A stretch of DNA of 64,000 bases from an uncultured delta proteobacterium (lineage in GTDB: Bacteria; Desulfobacterota; Desulfuromonadia; Geobacterales; DSM-12255): the NCBI GenBank assembly GCA_963787125.1, contig CAWBBV010000006.1, positions 192,001 through 256,000 of the forward strand. The letters are read 5' to 3'. Shown piece by piece: positions 53,381 to 63,751 of the stretch. Made by a program: the position numbers and the translations under genes. Under the pieces are notes generated by a model. The model made no database searches. It had not been told where the DNA came from and was given only the letters and a program-made list of their open reading frames with translations. The stretch's first letter is position 1. Each line of letters opens with the position of its first letter.

Positions 53381-54115
53381 ATGCTGACACAACCGACCAT
53401 CGAGAAACTCAAAGTAATGAAGCTCACCGCTATGGCTCAGGCATTCACTGAGCAGATGCAACGTCCCGACATGGCGTCCCTCACCTTTGAGGAACGCTTT
53501 GGTCTGCTTGTAGACCACCAGATGACAGAACTGGAGAACCGTAGGATGCAGAATCGACTGAGAACTGCCAAGCTACGCCTGTCGGCATCAATCGAAGACT
53601 TGGACTTCAGAGATGCACGAGGTATGAACCGGTCACAGGTAATGTCCCTTGCCCAGAATCAGTGGGTGCGAAGCCATCAGAATATCCTCATCACCGGACC
53701 AACCGGAGCTGGCAAGAGTTATCTCGCCTGTGCACTGGCACAGAAGGCGTGCCGGGATGGACACACAACTCTCTACCAGAGACTGCCACGATTGCTTCAG
53801 GACATCTCCATTGCCCGCCACGATGGTCGCTATCAGAAACTTATGGCTCAGGTGACCAAGTGCGAGGTGCTGGTGCTTGATGACCTGCTCATTTCGCCGC
53901 TCTCGCAGGATGACCAGCGGGAACTGCTGGAAATCGTCGAGGAACGTTACGACCGGAAAGCGACTATTGTTACCAGTCAGTTACCCATTAAGGCTTGGCA
54001 CGATGCCATGCAAGACCCAACGCTGGCTGACGCTATTCTGGATAGGCTGGTGCATAATGCCTACAAGGTCGAGCTGAAGGGTGAATCTATGCGGAAGCGA
54101 CGGACAATTACTTGA
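53381..54115 (+). CDS. istB: IS21 helper ATPase
   Basis: GPTGAGKS, LVLDD, DAILDRLVH, GESMRK. Confidence 0.95.
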   Translation: MLTQPTIEKLKVMKLTAMAQAFTEQMQRPDMASLTFEERFGLLVDHQMTELENRRMQNRLRTAKLRLSASIEDLDFRDARGMNRSQVMSLAQNQWVRSHQNILITGPTGAGKSYLACALAQKACRDGHTTLYQRLPRLLQDISIARHDGRYQKLMAQVTKCEVLVLDDLLISPLSQDDQRELLEIVEERYDRKATIVTSQLPIKAWHDAMQDPTLADAILDRLVHNAYKVELKGESMRKRRTIT

Positions 54116-54149
54116 CCGAAACAGTAGATATGTGACAATTTAACATGAA

Positions 54150-54158
54150 TGCTATAAT
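54150..54158 (+). promoter_or_regulatory. Extended -10 promoter for the passenger gene
   Basis: TGCTATAAT ~40 bp upstream of the ATG, followed by a GGAG RBS. Confidence 0.45.
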
Positions 54159-54198
54159 TGCTATTACAAACCATAATAAACCTGACTAACGGAGCAAG

Positions 54199-54963
54199 AT
54201 GACTATGAATAAATTTTTTCTGGTTATTTTCACCATATTACTTACTTCCCCTTGTTATGCTTTTGCTGGGAATGAAAGGATTAATCGATTCGAAGTAGAA
54301 GCCGGTGTCCTTGGAACCAAAAACATGGAAATTCATGGATACAAGCAAGAAAATGCGACTTCGGACTGGGACGCAATTGAGCCAACCGCACGTTTTGAAT
54401 TCTGGTCGGTCAAAAAGGATGGGTGGAATTTTGGAGGCGTCTTACAACCTCTATATGCTCATTACTCTGATACGCTTACTAATGACCTCAATTTTAAAGG
54501 CACAGTATATCATGCAGGACAGCATGGAACCCTTGACTATCAATTTCATTCAGCTCGGGCAACAGCAAACTATCCCGTGCTTTCATCAGATATTACCGGC
54601 AACTACCTTCGGCTTGGAGGGTCAGTCATCGCACGTTATGCTGATTTAAACTTTAAAACTACGTCGGATTCATTTCATGACACAAACTTTATTGTATTCC
54701 CATTGTTCAATATTGAAGGGGAAGCTGCAATTACGTCAAATCATAGTTTCTTCACTCGGGCTGACTTTTTACCATCGCCTTCTGGCAATGTATTTTTGGA
54801 CGGTCTCTTTGATGTCTTTATTGGGGTAAAAACACATCTTAAGTCAGGTAACTCAGTAGATGCAGGCATTCGATTGTTTTTTGGCGGGTATGACCCAAAT
54901 AAAGCAGACGAATATGCAAATAAAATATTTTTCAACGCCGCAGTTATCAGATACTCATGGTGA
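54199..54963 (+). CDS. Putative outer-membrane beta-barrel protein (IS passenger)
   Basis: Signal peptide, alternating amphipathic strands, terminal ...VIRYSW. Confidence 0.65.
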   Translation: MTMNKFFLVIFTILLTSPCYAFAGNERINRFEVEAGVLGTKNMEIHGYKQENATSDWDAIEPTARFEFWSVKKDGWNFGGVLQPLYAHYSDTLTNDLNFKGTVYHAGQHGTLDYQFHSARATANYPVLSSDITGNYLRLGGSVIARYADLNFKTTSDSFHDTNFIVFPLFNIEGEAAITSNHSFFTRADFLPSPSGNVFLDGLFDVFIGVKTHLKSGNSVDAGIRLFFGGYDPNKADEYANKIFFNAAVIRYSW

Positions 54964-55745
54964 CGATTCGGCATTAAGCTACAGACTGTGACACCCCATA
55001 CCTTGCGACTATAACTCCACTTGGTCGCTTTCGCCGGAACGCTGGTCGGATTCACAGCGGAACACCGGTCGCCATCACGTCAGTTTCCTTGGTCGGATTC
55101 ACCGGAATACGCAGCGGAGTCGTCTTTATCTTCTTTCAAGTATAACTCCGCTAAATCGTAATGATAATCTGCCAAATGCCGTTCAACCATTTCAAAGCAG
55201 TTGCCGCCCATTCCTTCGATATCTTTCTTGATGTAGTCGTATGCCCTGGGACTCTTAACAACAGAGTCAACTTGAGGTAAGAACCGTTCAAACAGGGCTA
55301 TAAGGTCGTTTCGGTCTTTAGCTCGTGTGTTGTATTCTGCAACCTTGGGATAAAGGAGAAACGCCGGGGCGTGGTCTGGATCAGCAGCCAGGCAGTTATC
55401 AAGCAAGGGGTAAATCCTTCTCTTGAACTCAGCCTGAAGGCGGATACGTTCCGCCGCGTCAATAGTAGTCTGCTGCGTTGTCCCGTCCGGCGCTCTTGTT
55501 GTCTGGTAGGTGTCGGTAATGATAGCCATAAGTTCTTTATCTCTGCGAACAGATAAAGGCACATCTGAAGGTGCTTGATAAGGGAAATCGTAAAGGCACT
55601 GAGCAAGATCTTTTGCTACCTGGAAATAGGAATCGCTTGATATTGCAACTGGAGCGGCCACCGACTGCTGTTCAGCGTCAACCGGCCCTTTTACCGGTTG
55701 TGGTGTCGGTTTTAAACCTTTCAGAAAGTCAAAGAATCCCATAAA

Positions 55746-56285
55746 TTACACTTTCACGCGTCTGATAAATACTGAATCCATCAACCGGCCATAATCACCC
55801 TGGGATAACTTTATTTTTCTTCCATCAATCATTAATTCACCATTTTCAAGGTTGTTTTCAAGATACATAAAGACTGAAAACATATCCTTTATTTCCTGCA
55901 TTGCCGGGAGATCGACGCGCGATTCAGATATCAATCCGGCAATGTCAAAAGCAGCGTGAGCATATATATTGGCTATCTTTGAATCAACTTTACCAGCTGA
56001 TTCAATGGCTGCCTGGATAACAGGAACAAACAGCTCATCATGTCCTATTTCAGATAGACGTTTACCACCACTACTTCCCCGCGCCATTTCGCCTTCACCA
56101 GCTAGTAGCCATGCTGGGTTTATATGTGGGAATGCAGCAAGTATCTTGTTCAGATCGTCAACGTCCGGCGTCCTTTGGGCTCTTTCCCACCGTCCGATAG
56201 TATTCAAATGCACCCCTACCTTTTCGGCAAAAGCATCTTGACGCATAACACCACGAACGTTTTTTATCCTCTCGCCTATACCCAT
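55746..56285 (-). CDS. XRE/HTH phage repressor
   Basis: IGERIK...QDAFAEKVGVHLNTIGRWER...INPAWLLAGEG. Confidence 0.85.
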   Translation of the reverse strand: MGIGERIKNVRGVMRQDAFAEKVGVHLNTIGRWERAQRTPDVDDLNKILAAFPHINPAWLLAGEGEMARGSSGGKRLSEIGHDELFVPVIQAAIESAGKVDSKIANIYAHAAFDIAGLISESRVDLPAMQEIKDMFSVFMYLENNLENGELMIDGRKIKLSQGDYGRLMDSVFIRRVKV

Positions 56286-56489
56286 TTTGTAACCACCAGA
56301 AACCCAAAAAGGTTGTTGATCTCACGCGGAGAAGTTACAACCATTTCAAAAAAGGTTGTAACTGTTTATATCTACTTGAAACATAACAAGTAATTTATAA
56401 TATTTGTCACTTAGGCAGAAAACAACACTAACAACCCATTTTAATTTTATTTATTGACAATGTACCCGTTTGGGTTTATTTTCACGGGC
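56280..56489. promoter_or_regulatory. Repressor/Ner divergent control region with sigma70-like early promoter
   Basis: TTGACA(56454)-17 bp-TATTTT(56477); several ACC(C)-N-GGTT quasi-palindromes, one in the promoter spacer. Confidence 0.6.
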
Positions 56490-56792
56490 ATGATGTTGAC
56501 AACGGACAAATTAAAAGAAACACGCGTTTTAAGAGCGTGGGTATTGTTCAGGCTCGCAGAGAAGGGATTGACCTTTACTGCCTTGGCAGATCGTTACGGA
56601 GCAGGCCGGGAACTCCCCTCAAAAGTGTTTACCAGTCCCCATTATCCAAAATGGGAAAAGATCATTGCTGACGCAATCCTGATGATGCCTGAAGAGATTT
56701 GGCCTGAACGATATAAAGAGCGGGCCGACCGCAAATCAAAGCAACTACTGCGTAAGGCTAAATCTACAAGAAAAGAGCGGGGGGCGCAATGA
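56490..56792 (+). CDS. Ner-like transcriptional regulator
   Basis: KGLTFTALA...YPKWEKIIADA...PEEIWPERY. Confidence 0.85.
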   Translation: MMLTTDKLKETRVLRAWVLFRLAEKGLTFTALADRYGAGRELPSKVFTSPHYPKWEKIIADAILMMPEEIWPERYKERADRKSKQLLRKAKSTRKERGAQ

Positions 56793-57262
56793 CTAAGAGC
56801 AAACAAAGTTTAGTTCCCGACCCGGCGCAAATGTCCCTATTTGACAGCATAAAACAGGATCAGGCCGAACGGATCGAAAAGAAACCGGGGCGTATGTGTG
56901 TAACCCACCGACTGCATGCTGCTTACAAGGCGGCGATCAAGGGCGCGTCAAAGTCCCGTGAGCAGATAGCTGATGACATGTCGGAACTGTCATGCCGCAA
57001 GGTCACAGTATCCATGATTAACAACTGGCTTGCTGACAGCCACCCCCACGAAATGACATGCGACTTGATAGACGCATTCTGCGAAGCAACCGGAGATAAC
57101 AGGCCGCTCCTAGTACTGACAGACACATACGGCATACACACTATCGAAGCGCCGGACAAAATCCGCGCCCGCCTGCAAAAGCTTGAAGAGCAAAAGAAGG
57201 AGCTGGACAAGGAAAAACACCGCTACGCCTCATTACTGCATGAATTGGAGCGTAAACCATGA
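56789..57262 (+). CDS. Phage regulatory protein (HTH)
   Basis: QMSLFD, SREQIADDMSEL, AFCEATG; coupled by ATGA overlap. Confidence 0.7.
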   Translation: MTKSKQSLVPDPAQMSLFDSIKQDQAERIEKKPGRMCVTHRLHAAYKAAIKGASKSREQIADDMSELSCRKVTVSMINNWLADSHPHEMTCDLIDAFCEATGDNRPLLVLTDTYGIHTIEAPDKIRARLQKLEEQKKELDKEKHRYASLLHELERKP

Positions 57263-57450
57263 TGGGATTTCCGGCCATACCTTTCAAACTCTGTGATTTT
57301 TGGGCAATCCATAGCGAGACTTGGAACGGTGACACGCTGACAGTATCCGGCCTACTGCCAGGCAATACAGCAGCGGTTGCCACTTTCATGAGACAAGCAA
57401 CGTCAAAAGGCAGTTGGCTTGCTGCTACCCTGGAAGGCCACAAACAATGA
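57259..57450 (+). CDS. Small hypothetical phage protein
   Basis: ATGA overlaps at both ends. Confidence 0.5.
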   Translation: MMGFPAIPFKLCDFWAIHSETWNGDTLTVSGLLPGNTAAVATFMRQATSKGSWLAATLEGHKQ

Positions 57451-59585
57451 AGCTGTCTCCAGTTCATGCCGAATTTCACGCCGCTGTCTACGAATATGAA
57501 AACCGCCTGCCGGTCTATGCCCTCTCAATTATAGAAATTGCTGAACATCTTGAATTATCACAGCAACTAATTGACAAGCAGCAAAAAAAATTCAACTGGC
57601 AACCGACCGGCGAACGTGTTCAAGGCGGGGGCGATAAGTACAATATCGACTTAATCAGGTTCTACAAGTCAAACGAAAAACACGCCGCCGCCCTGGAGAA
57701 GATAAAGAGCAAAATCAGAGATGAGAAAATAGCCCTTGAGCAAGATCAGGAAGCCGCCGCCATAGCTACCCGCCTTGCTAAGATCAAAGAGCAGATACGC
57801 ATTGACCGGTTGTCTGAAGCTGAAGAAGAGATGAATCACGATGACCGTGAATGGCTCTGGAACCAGATGGGGAAGAAAGGCACGAAGCAACAGGACAAGG
57901 CTATCATGAGAAGCATGGCCGTGGCCAAAGTTAAGAGTCTTCTTGCTGCCGGAGAATGGGAGCGGCACGCAATAGAGCAGGTTGCCAAAGAGATTGGAGT
58001 TCATGAGCAGAGCGTACGTGGTTGGGTGAGAAAAACCAAAGATTGCCACCCCTCTGACCGCGCCGCAGTACTGGTAAATCAGATACAAGGCAAAGGTGAA
58101 GAGGCTGAATTTACCTTTGAAGCCTGGGAAGCCTTTAAAAAAGACTATCTCCGCAAGAAGAGCCCTTCTTACTCTTCATGTTACCGCCGCTTGCAAGCCG
58201 CCGCCGTTCTTAACGGCTGGACAATCCCCACAAAAAAGACGGTTGAAAACTGGATTAAACGCAAAGTTGACGTAATGGTTATCAAATTCAGGCGTGAAGG
58301 GATGGAGGCCGTTGAAAAGTGCTTTCCGGCGATGAAGAGAAACAAAGACATGTTTGACGTAATGCAGGCGGTGAACGGTGACGGCTTCGCCCTGGGGATA
58401 TGGGCCGATTTCGGCAACGGCACTATAGTCAAGCCGATTGTCTGGAGCTGGCAGGATATCCGCTCTTCAAAGGTTCTCGCCTGGAGAATGGATATAAGCG
58501 AAAACCGTGAGCTTGTCAGACTGGCAACTCTTGACCTAATAACCGATTGGGGCATACCTGAATTTATGTATCTGGATAATACGCGGGCGGCTACTTCCAA
58601 GCAGATCAGCGGCGGCCTGCCGAATCGTTACCGCTTCAAGGTCAAGGATGATGACCCGTTAGGAATCATGCCGCTACTCGGGATTGATCTGAAATACACC
58701 CTGCCAGGGCACGGGCAAAGTAAACCTGTTGAGAGAGTTCACGGCATAGGCGGTTATCTGGACTTTGACACACTGCCGGTGTTTGAAGGCAGGGGCACAA
58801 AAGGCCGTCCCGTGCCGATTTCCGAAGTTGAAGAGCTGTTTAAAAACTTCGTCAACGAGATCAACGCCCGTCCGGATCGGCGCGGAGATTCAGTCAAAGG
58901 CAAAAGCTTTGACCAGGTATTCAGTGGACTGTATCCGGGGGCAATCATTACCAAGGCAACTGAAAAGCAGCGTAAATTCTGCCTTTCAGTTGCTGAAGTA
59001 GTCACGGTAAGCCGCACGAATGCAGAAATTACCCTGAAAGCTGGCAGGTCTGATGGTGGCGAGAATCGTTACTGGAATAACGAGCTTATAGCACGCATGG
59101 GGCAAAAGGTAACAGTACGGTTTGACCCGGCGAATCTCCATAGTCCGGTTTATGTCGAGACCATAAGCGGAGTTGAAATCTGTACTGCCGCGCCGTCCAT
59201 TACCGGAGGCTTTAAAGATGCTGCCGCCGCCCGTGAACATGCCAGGAACAAGGGCCACTTCAAGAAGCATGTCAAGCTTGCTGCTGAAGCGATTGGCAGA
59301 AATGACCTTGCTGAAGCACGGCGCTATATGGGGACAGTACCGGAGCCGGAGAAACCGCGAGCGAAAGTAACCCGGCTTGCTGCCAATGTACCGACAAAGG
59401 GCAAGGCTACCACGGATCAGGATAGCGGAGCTGTTGAGACACCTGCCTGTAAGACGCTACAGGAGTTGTTCCCGATTAAGAAAGTGGTGAACGGTAGTGA
59501 TTGCGAACATGACGCGGAAAGCGTTGCTGCATTGTGGCATAAGGGCGCTGCAAAGCTTTATGGGAAGAAAAGTGTGCTGTCATAA
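57447..59585 (+). CDS. MuA-like DDE transposase
   Basis: VNGDG, YLDN, SKPVER catalytic motifs; C-terminal VRFDP..LH. Confidence 0.92.
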   Translation: MKLSPVHAEFHAAVYEYENRLPVYALSIIEIAEHLELSQQLIDKQQKKFNWQPTGERVQGGGDKYNIDLIRFYKSNEKHAAALEKIKSKIRDEKIALEQDQEAAAIATRLAKIKEQIRIDRLSEAEEEMNHDDREWLWNQMGKKGTKQQDKAIMRSMAVAKVKSLLAAGEWERHAIEQVAKEIGVHEQSVRGWVRKTKDCHPSDRAAVLVNQIQGKGEEAEFTFEAWEAFKKDYLRKKSPSYSSCYRRLQAAAVLNGWTIPTKKTVENWIKRKVDVMVIKFRREGMEAVEKCFPAMKRNKDMFDVMQAVNGDGFALGIWADFGNGTIVKPIVWSWQDIRSSKVLAWRMDISENRELVRLATLDLITDWGIPEFMYLDNTRAATSKQISGGLPNRYRFKVKDDDPLGIMPLLGIDLKYTLPGHGQSKPVERVHGIGGYLDFDTLPVFEGRGTKGRPVPISEVEELFKNFVNEINARPDRRGDSVKGKSFDQVFSGLYPGAIITKATEKQRKFCLSVAEVVTVSRTNAEITLKAGRSDGGENRYWNNELIARMGQKVTVRFDPANLHSPVYVETISGVEICTAAPSITGGFKDAAAAREHARNKGHFKKHVKLAAEAIGRNDLAEARRYMGTVPEPEKPRAKVTRLAANVPTKGKATTDQDSGAVETPACKTLQELFPIKKVVNGSDCEHDAESVAALWHKGAAKLYGKKSVLS

Positions 59586-59660
59586 AGAAAAAGCCGTGCT
59601 GTAACACGGCTCTTCACTCCCCCAAGGGGGAAATTTCCAGATCAGGAGGAACGATACCAG

Positions 59661-60620
59661 ATGAGTGAAAATGTTGCAAGAATGTTTGAAGAATTATCGG
59701 ATGCAAGCGAACTGAGAGTCCGCGTAAGCGACATTATCAGCGAAACCGGCACGACACAGGGGAAGATTGCCAAGGAAACCGGCATTTCTCCTACCGCCCT
59801 TTCACAGTGGCTGCAAGAGAAGTACAAGGGAGACAATGCCGAGGTTGAAAGCAAGCTCCTGAAATGGCTTGCAGCCAGGGAGCGCCGCACAGTTGCCGGT
59901 GAGACCATGCCCGCCGCTGCTGATTATGTGGCGACACCTGCCGGAGAGCGTATCAAGGGGGTTTTGAGCTACGCACAGGCCGCCGCTGATTTGGCTGTCA
60001 TTTATGGTGGGGCCGGAGTGGGCAAAACCCGCGCAATCAAGAGCTATGCCGCTTCAAGTCCTAATGTGTGGGTCGCTACCATGCGACCGGATACCGCTTG
60101 TGTTGCTTCGTGCCTGGAAGAGATCGGCGAGTCCGTAGGGCTGAAAATGGCGAGCCGCGCCGCGCGCCAATCGCGGGATTTGACTCACAAATTTGCAGGA
60201 ACCGGCGGGCTGTTGGTAGTGGATGAAGCACAACACCTGAACATTGCCGCCATCGAAGCAATTCGTTCAATTTATGACGTTACCGGAATCGGCCTTGTCT
60301 TTTGCGGGAATGAATCGGTTTACGTCAGGATGACAGGAGGGAGCCGGGCCGCCACCTTTGCACAACTCTTCAGCCGGATCGGCAAGCGGTTAAGGTTGTC
60401 ACAACCAAGTCAGGCAGATGTAACCGCCCTTGCTGACGCTTTTGGAGTGAACGGCACGGCAGAGCGTCAGGCGCTTATAGAGATCAGTCAGAGGCCGGGG
60501 GCGCTTCGTTCTGTGGTTAAGGTAATTCGCTTTGCTGCTGTTATGGCTGCTGGCAATGGTGAAGGTGTCAATCTTCATTATATTTCGACGGCCTGGAAAG
60601 AGTTGGGGGGGGAAGCATGA
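59661..60620 (+). CDS. MuB-like transposition ATPase
   Basis: N-terminal HTH, GGAGVGKT, VDEAQHL, QLFSRIG. Confidence 0.92.
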   Translation: MSENVARMFEELSDASELRVRVSDIISETGTTQGKIAKETGISPTALSQWLQEKYKGDNAEVESKLLKWLAARERRTVAGETMPAAADYVATPAGERIKGVLSYAQAAADLAVIYGGAGVGKTRAIKSYAASSPNVWVATMRPDTACVASCLEEIGESVGLKMASRAARQSRDLTHKFAGTGGLLVVDEAQHLNIAAIEAIRSIYDVTGIGLVFCGNESVYVRMTGGSRAATFAQLFSRIGKRLRLSQPSQADVTALADAFGVNGTAERQALIEISQRPGALRSVVKVIRFAAVMAAGNGEGVNLHYISTAWKELGGEA

Positions 60621-60865
60621 CGTTACCAGCTGGGACCATACCACCGATTAAAATGGGAATTGAACAAGAATTAACCATAAGCCAAGTTGATTTAATAATG
60701 GAACTTGAAGCCTGTAGAGCAATGACTTTGTTTATCTCGGATGCTGTCGGCCTCATTTTGACAGAACATGGAAACTATAATGAAATATATCCTGTGCCAT
60801 ACGGCGCGGAGGTTTGCTTAACTTCACTGTCAGATAAAATTCATCAGCTCAGCATGAGAGGATAG
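60617..60865 (+). CDS. Hypothetical phage protein, C-terminus clipped by IS
   Basis: Pre-insertion end would read LSMRVKGGIA* (continuing at 62691-62710). Confidence 0.6.
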   Translation: MTLPAGTIPPIKMGIEQELTISQVDLIMELEACRAMTLFISDAVGLILTEHGNYNEIYPVPYGAEVCLTSLSDKIHQLSMRG

Positions 60866-62682
60866 TGTCAAAAGTTTCATGAAAAGCCGGGATATTGAAA
60901 TGGAAAGTACTCGAAAGTAAACGATGCCCTTCATCTGCATCTTTTCCGAGTCTGTCCAGACTGTGACTTCACTACTTTGTGGTTACTGGCTTGAATTTTG
61001 GGCAAGCCACTCTGTGACCAGGCACGTGAGATAGTTGGTCAGATTAAAACAACAATCAGTAAATTGATCTTTGAAGACGGGAAGTCAGGCAGCTAGCGAG
61101 AGGATCTTGGTCCATCTAGCCTGAATGGTCGGCAGTGCCTTCAACTCCTGCAAAGGCACCGGTGGTAGATATTTTAGCGACATGTGAGGCCTGAGGAAGT
61201 TGTAGTGGGTCACAAACAGCGTAGTTAAAGATACCGCACCGTTTGTGCTGTTGAATCCTGCTGCTGGCCTTACATGATACTTGAAGGTTCTGTTGAGCCG
61301 CTCAACGAGCTGCTTGAAGGATCTGTACTCTTCGGACTCGGCATCAAGGTTTTGGAGGCCAATAACCTTTTTGTGCTGAATCGTCTGGGAATCATCAGTC
61401 TGGGCATTGATGAAATGAATGCCAGCTGGATAAGAAGGGTTTCCGTCGCTGACAAGGGTTATTTGCTGATCGGCAGAAGCAGTCCTGATGGCTTCATTCA
61501 TAGCGATAATGGCAGGCTGAGTGCCCCTGTTATCGGCCACGTGATAGGCGGAGATTTTCAGGTTCTTTGCCGAGATAAAAAAGAAGACATAATGGTGCTT
61601 GCCCAGGATCTTGATGTAGGTCTCATCACCTGCAGAGATATTATCGATATGGCCTTTATGCTTGAGATTGAATCGGTGGCAGTGCCAGGCGGCGCCAGCG
61701 GCATAATTGAGAACTGTCTGATGAGAAACCTTGATACAGAAGACTTCGCGCAGGATTTGAGCAGTTTTTCTGGCCGGAACGGCGAATGAAACATAGAAAG
61801 TCAGAATCAGGCCAAGCACGTTTTCGCTGTTATGGATTCTCGCCAGTTCGACCGGCGGTTTGTCCGGAGAAGAGAGTTCCAACTCTTCCGGTTTGTAGTG
61901 ATATTCGCGGTACTGGTAGTTGATTTTGAACTGAGAACTTTTCTTTTTCATCAGCTCTTTCTCGGCTTTATTGAGCTTGGCAAGCGCCTGGATACGGTGA
62001 GGACAGTTATCATTTGGGCACTTGTGGATGGTCACTTCCTTTTGCGACTTCCACCTGAAGAGAGCCAGCCCGCAATGGGGACAGAAGAGCTTTGACTTTC
62101 TGTTGGTTCTGAAGCGCTGTTGGAGTTGGAAGAGTTGAGAGCAAACCTTGCAGAGAACTTGAGAGCGCTTCTTTCCGTCGTTGAAGTAGAGATAAGTATT
62201 TGGCGCTCCGCAGCAGGGACAGGTGACATGCACTGGAACCGGTGATGAACCCGCCCGGAGCTTGACCGGAGCAAGAGACTTTCCGTGAAGTGTTTCGTAC
62301 TCAATCAGGAGTTGCCGGTAGTCTTTTTGATCGAGGTCTTTTTTTTAAACTTTGGGGGCTCAGTCAGTGGCGGCTTGGGATCGACAATAAAGTTTCTGTA
62401 GTTCGGATGTTTCTCTTTGAAATCGTCCTTTGGCTTAACTTCAGGATTACGATTTTCGAGGACATCTGACAACCCGACGACGATCTGTTCAATCTCGGTC
62501 TTTGTAAACTTGGAGCAAATCCAGACAACAAACCGGGCAGTTTTGGATAGGTACGACATGAGCTAGCCCTCCATAACTGGCATTCTTAACCAGAATCACG
62601 GGGGGAGGCAAGACTTTGATTGGTAATGCATTGAAATTAGAACTGAAAAGCAAAAAGACATGTCAAGAAGTTTGACACAACG
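60861..62682 (-). mobile_element. IS6-like insertion sequence, copy 3
   Basis: Reverse complement of copies 1/2; 8-bp duplication CATGAGAG (60853-60860, 62683-62690). Confidence 0.92.
61085..62559 (-). CDS. Transposase, copy 3 (frameshift fusion)
   Basis: Same translated ORFs as copies 1/2. Confidence 0.85.
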
Positions 62683-62706
62683 CATGAGAGTTAAGGGAGG
62701 CATAGC

Positions 62707-62835
62707 ATGAAAACAATCAAGCGATTTATTGAAGAGCAGATAGCAAAAGTCAGATTGATGGCCGCCCGTCGCAGTGCCATGCAAGGCGCAACCGCCGCCG
62801 CTTGCCGCATGGCCTTGAACGGCTGCCGGTTGTGA
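62707..62835 (+). CDS. 42-aa hypothetical phage protein
   Basis: GGAGG RBS; ATGA overlap with the reconstructed upstream gene; MKTIKRFIEEQIAKVR... Confidence 0.4.
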   Translation: MKTIKRFIEEQIAKVRLMAARRSAMQGATAAACRMALNGCRL

Positions 62836-62910
62836 ATATTATGAAAGAATTAAAGATAAGGCTGCGACGAATCTTGAGAGAAGAGCAACAAGGGAAAAAG
62901 GGGGCACACC

Positions 62911-63402
62911 ATGGCACAAAAAGCACACAAGCAGGCCGGGCCACCGATAAGCGCCGCACAGATCAAGAAGCTTCACACCCTCAAGACCGCGCTGAAGTTT
63001 GACAATGAAACCTATCGGGCCGCCCTGGACAATGCCGCCGGGGTTACTTCTTCCAAGGATTTGACCATACAGCAGGCCGCTGCACTTATAGACGACTGGC
63101 AGACAAAGGCCACCGCTGCCGGGGTCTGGAAGACACGTCAACCGAAAGCGAAAAAGTTTGATGACTTAGAGAACCGCCGTGGAGTGGTAGCCATGGCAAC
63201 CGTTCCACAAATGCGAATGATTGAAGCTATATGGGGTGAAGTCAGCAGAGCCACAGAACCGGAGGCAAGAGCCACCGGTCTTCGGCACTTCATCAAACGG
63301 ATTGCCAAGGTCGATAGTCTTCGCTTCTTGGATAGAGAAGGAGCAAGCGCCGTGATTAACGCATTAACCGCTATGCAGAAGAGTAAGGCATCTCATAGTT
63401 AA
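62911..63402 (+). CDS. GemA/DUF1018-like Mu regulatory protein
   Basis: QIKKLH...YRAAL...SSKDLT...QMRMIEAIW...LRHFIKR...VINAL. Confidence 0.8.
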   Translation: MAQKAHKQAGPPISAAQIKKLHTLKTALKFDNETYRAALDNAAGVTSSKDLTIQQAAALIDDWQTKATAAGVWKTRQPKAKKFDDLENRRGVVAMATVPQMRMIEAIWGEVSRATEPEARATGLRHFIKRIAKVDSLRFLDREGASAVINALTAMQKSKASHS

Positions 63403-63751
63403 ACGATGTACGCGCCTCATTATGTCGAGATAGGTGAACCATAGACATAAAGAGGGTTTCCGGGGTGGGACCCGGTAAACGGGTATGGTTCACCAGGGGC
63501 AATGCCTGAGAGACCCCAGCTTCGCCTCAAGCTGCTAATCAGGCAATAATAAGTTGAATGTCTTGGGAAAGGGTGGAAATCGCAAAAATGACCGTGACGC
63601 GCTTTTTACCGTAGTTGGCGCATGAAGGGCAACGGTTTTATCCGAACGCCGAACGTGGGGAAATTTAAAGATGGTTTAAACGCGGTTTTGGGAATGGGCG
63701 CACCTGTAAAAAACACGAAACACGAAACAACACAAAAATGGAGGTAATCGC

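Larger units (their letters stand above)
51644..55113 (+). mobile_element. IS21 family element carrying a passenger gene (3470 bp)
   Basis: TGCATATTCCGG / CCGGAATACGCA ends, multiple TTCCG-N-CCGACC terminal repeats, 5-bp duplication GCGGA (51639-51643, 55114-55118). Confidence 0.92.
51563..55742 (-). pseudogene. TPR-like prophage protein interrupted by IS21
   Basis: Removing the IS joins ...KEDKDDS-ATSEYQKACMLCPKIYGSGTNKISL* (stop 51563). Confidence 0.75.

Noticed and set aside
63455..63480. Minus-strand CCGGGTCCCACCCCGG hairpin resembling a twister ribozyme loop
   Set aside because: The remaining twister pseudoknot elements were not found.
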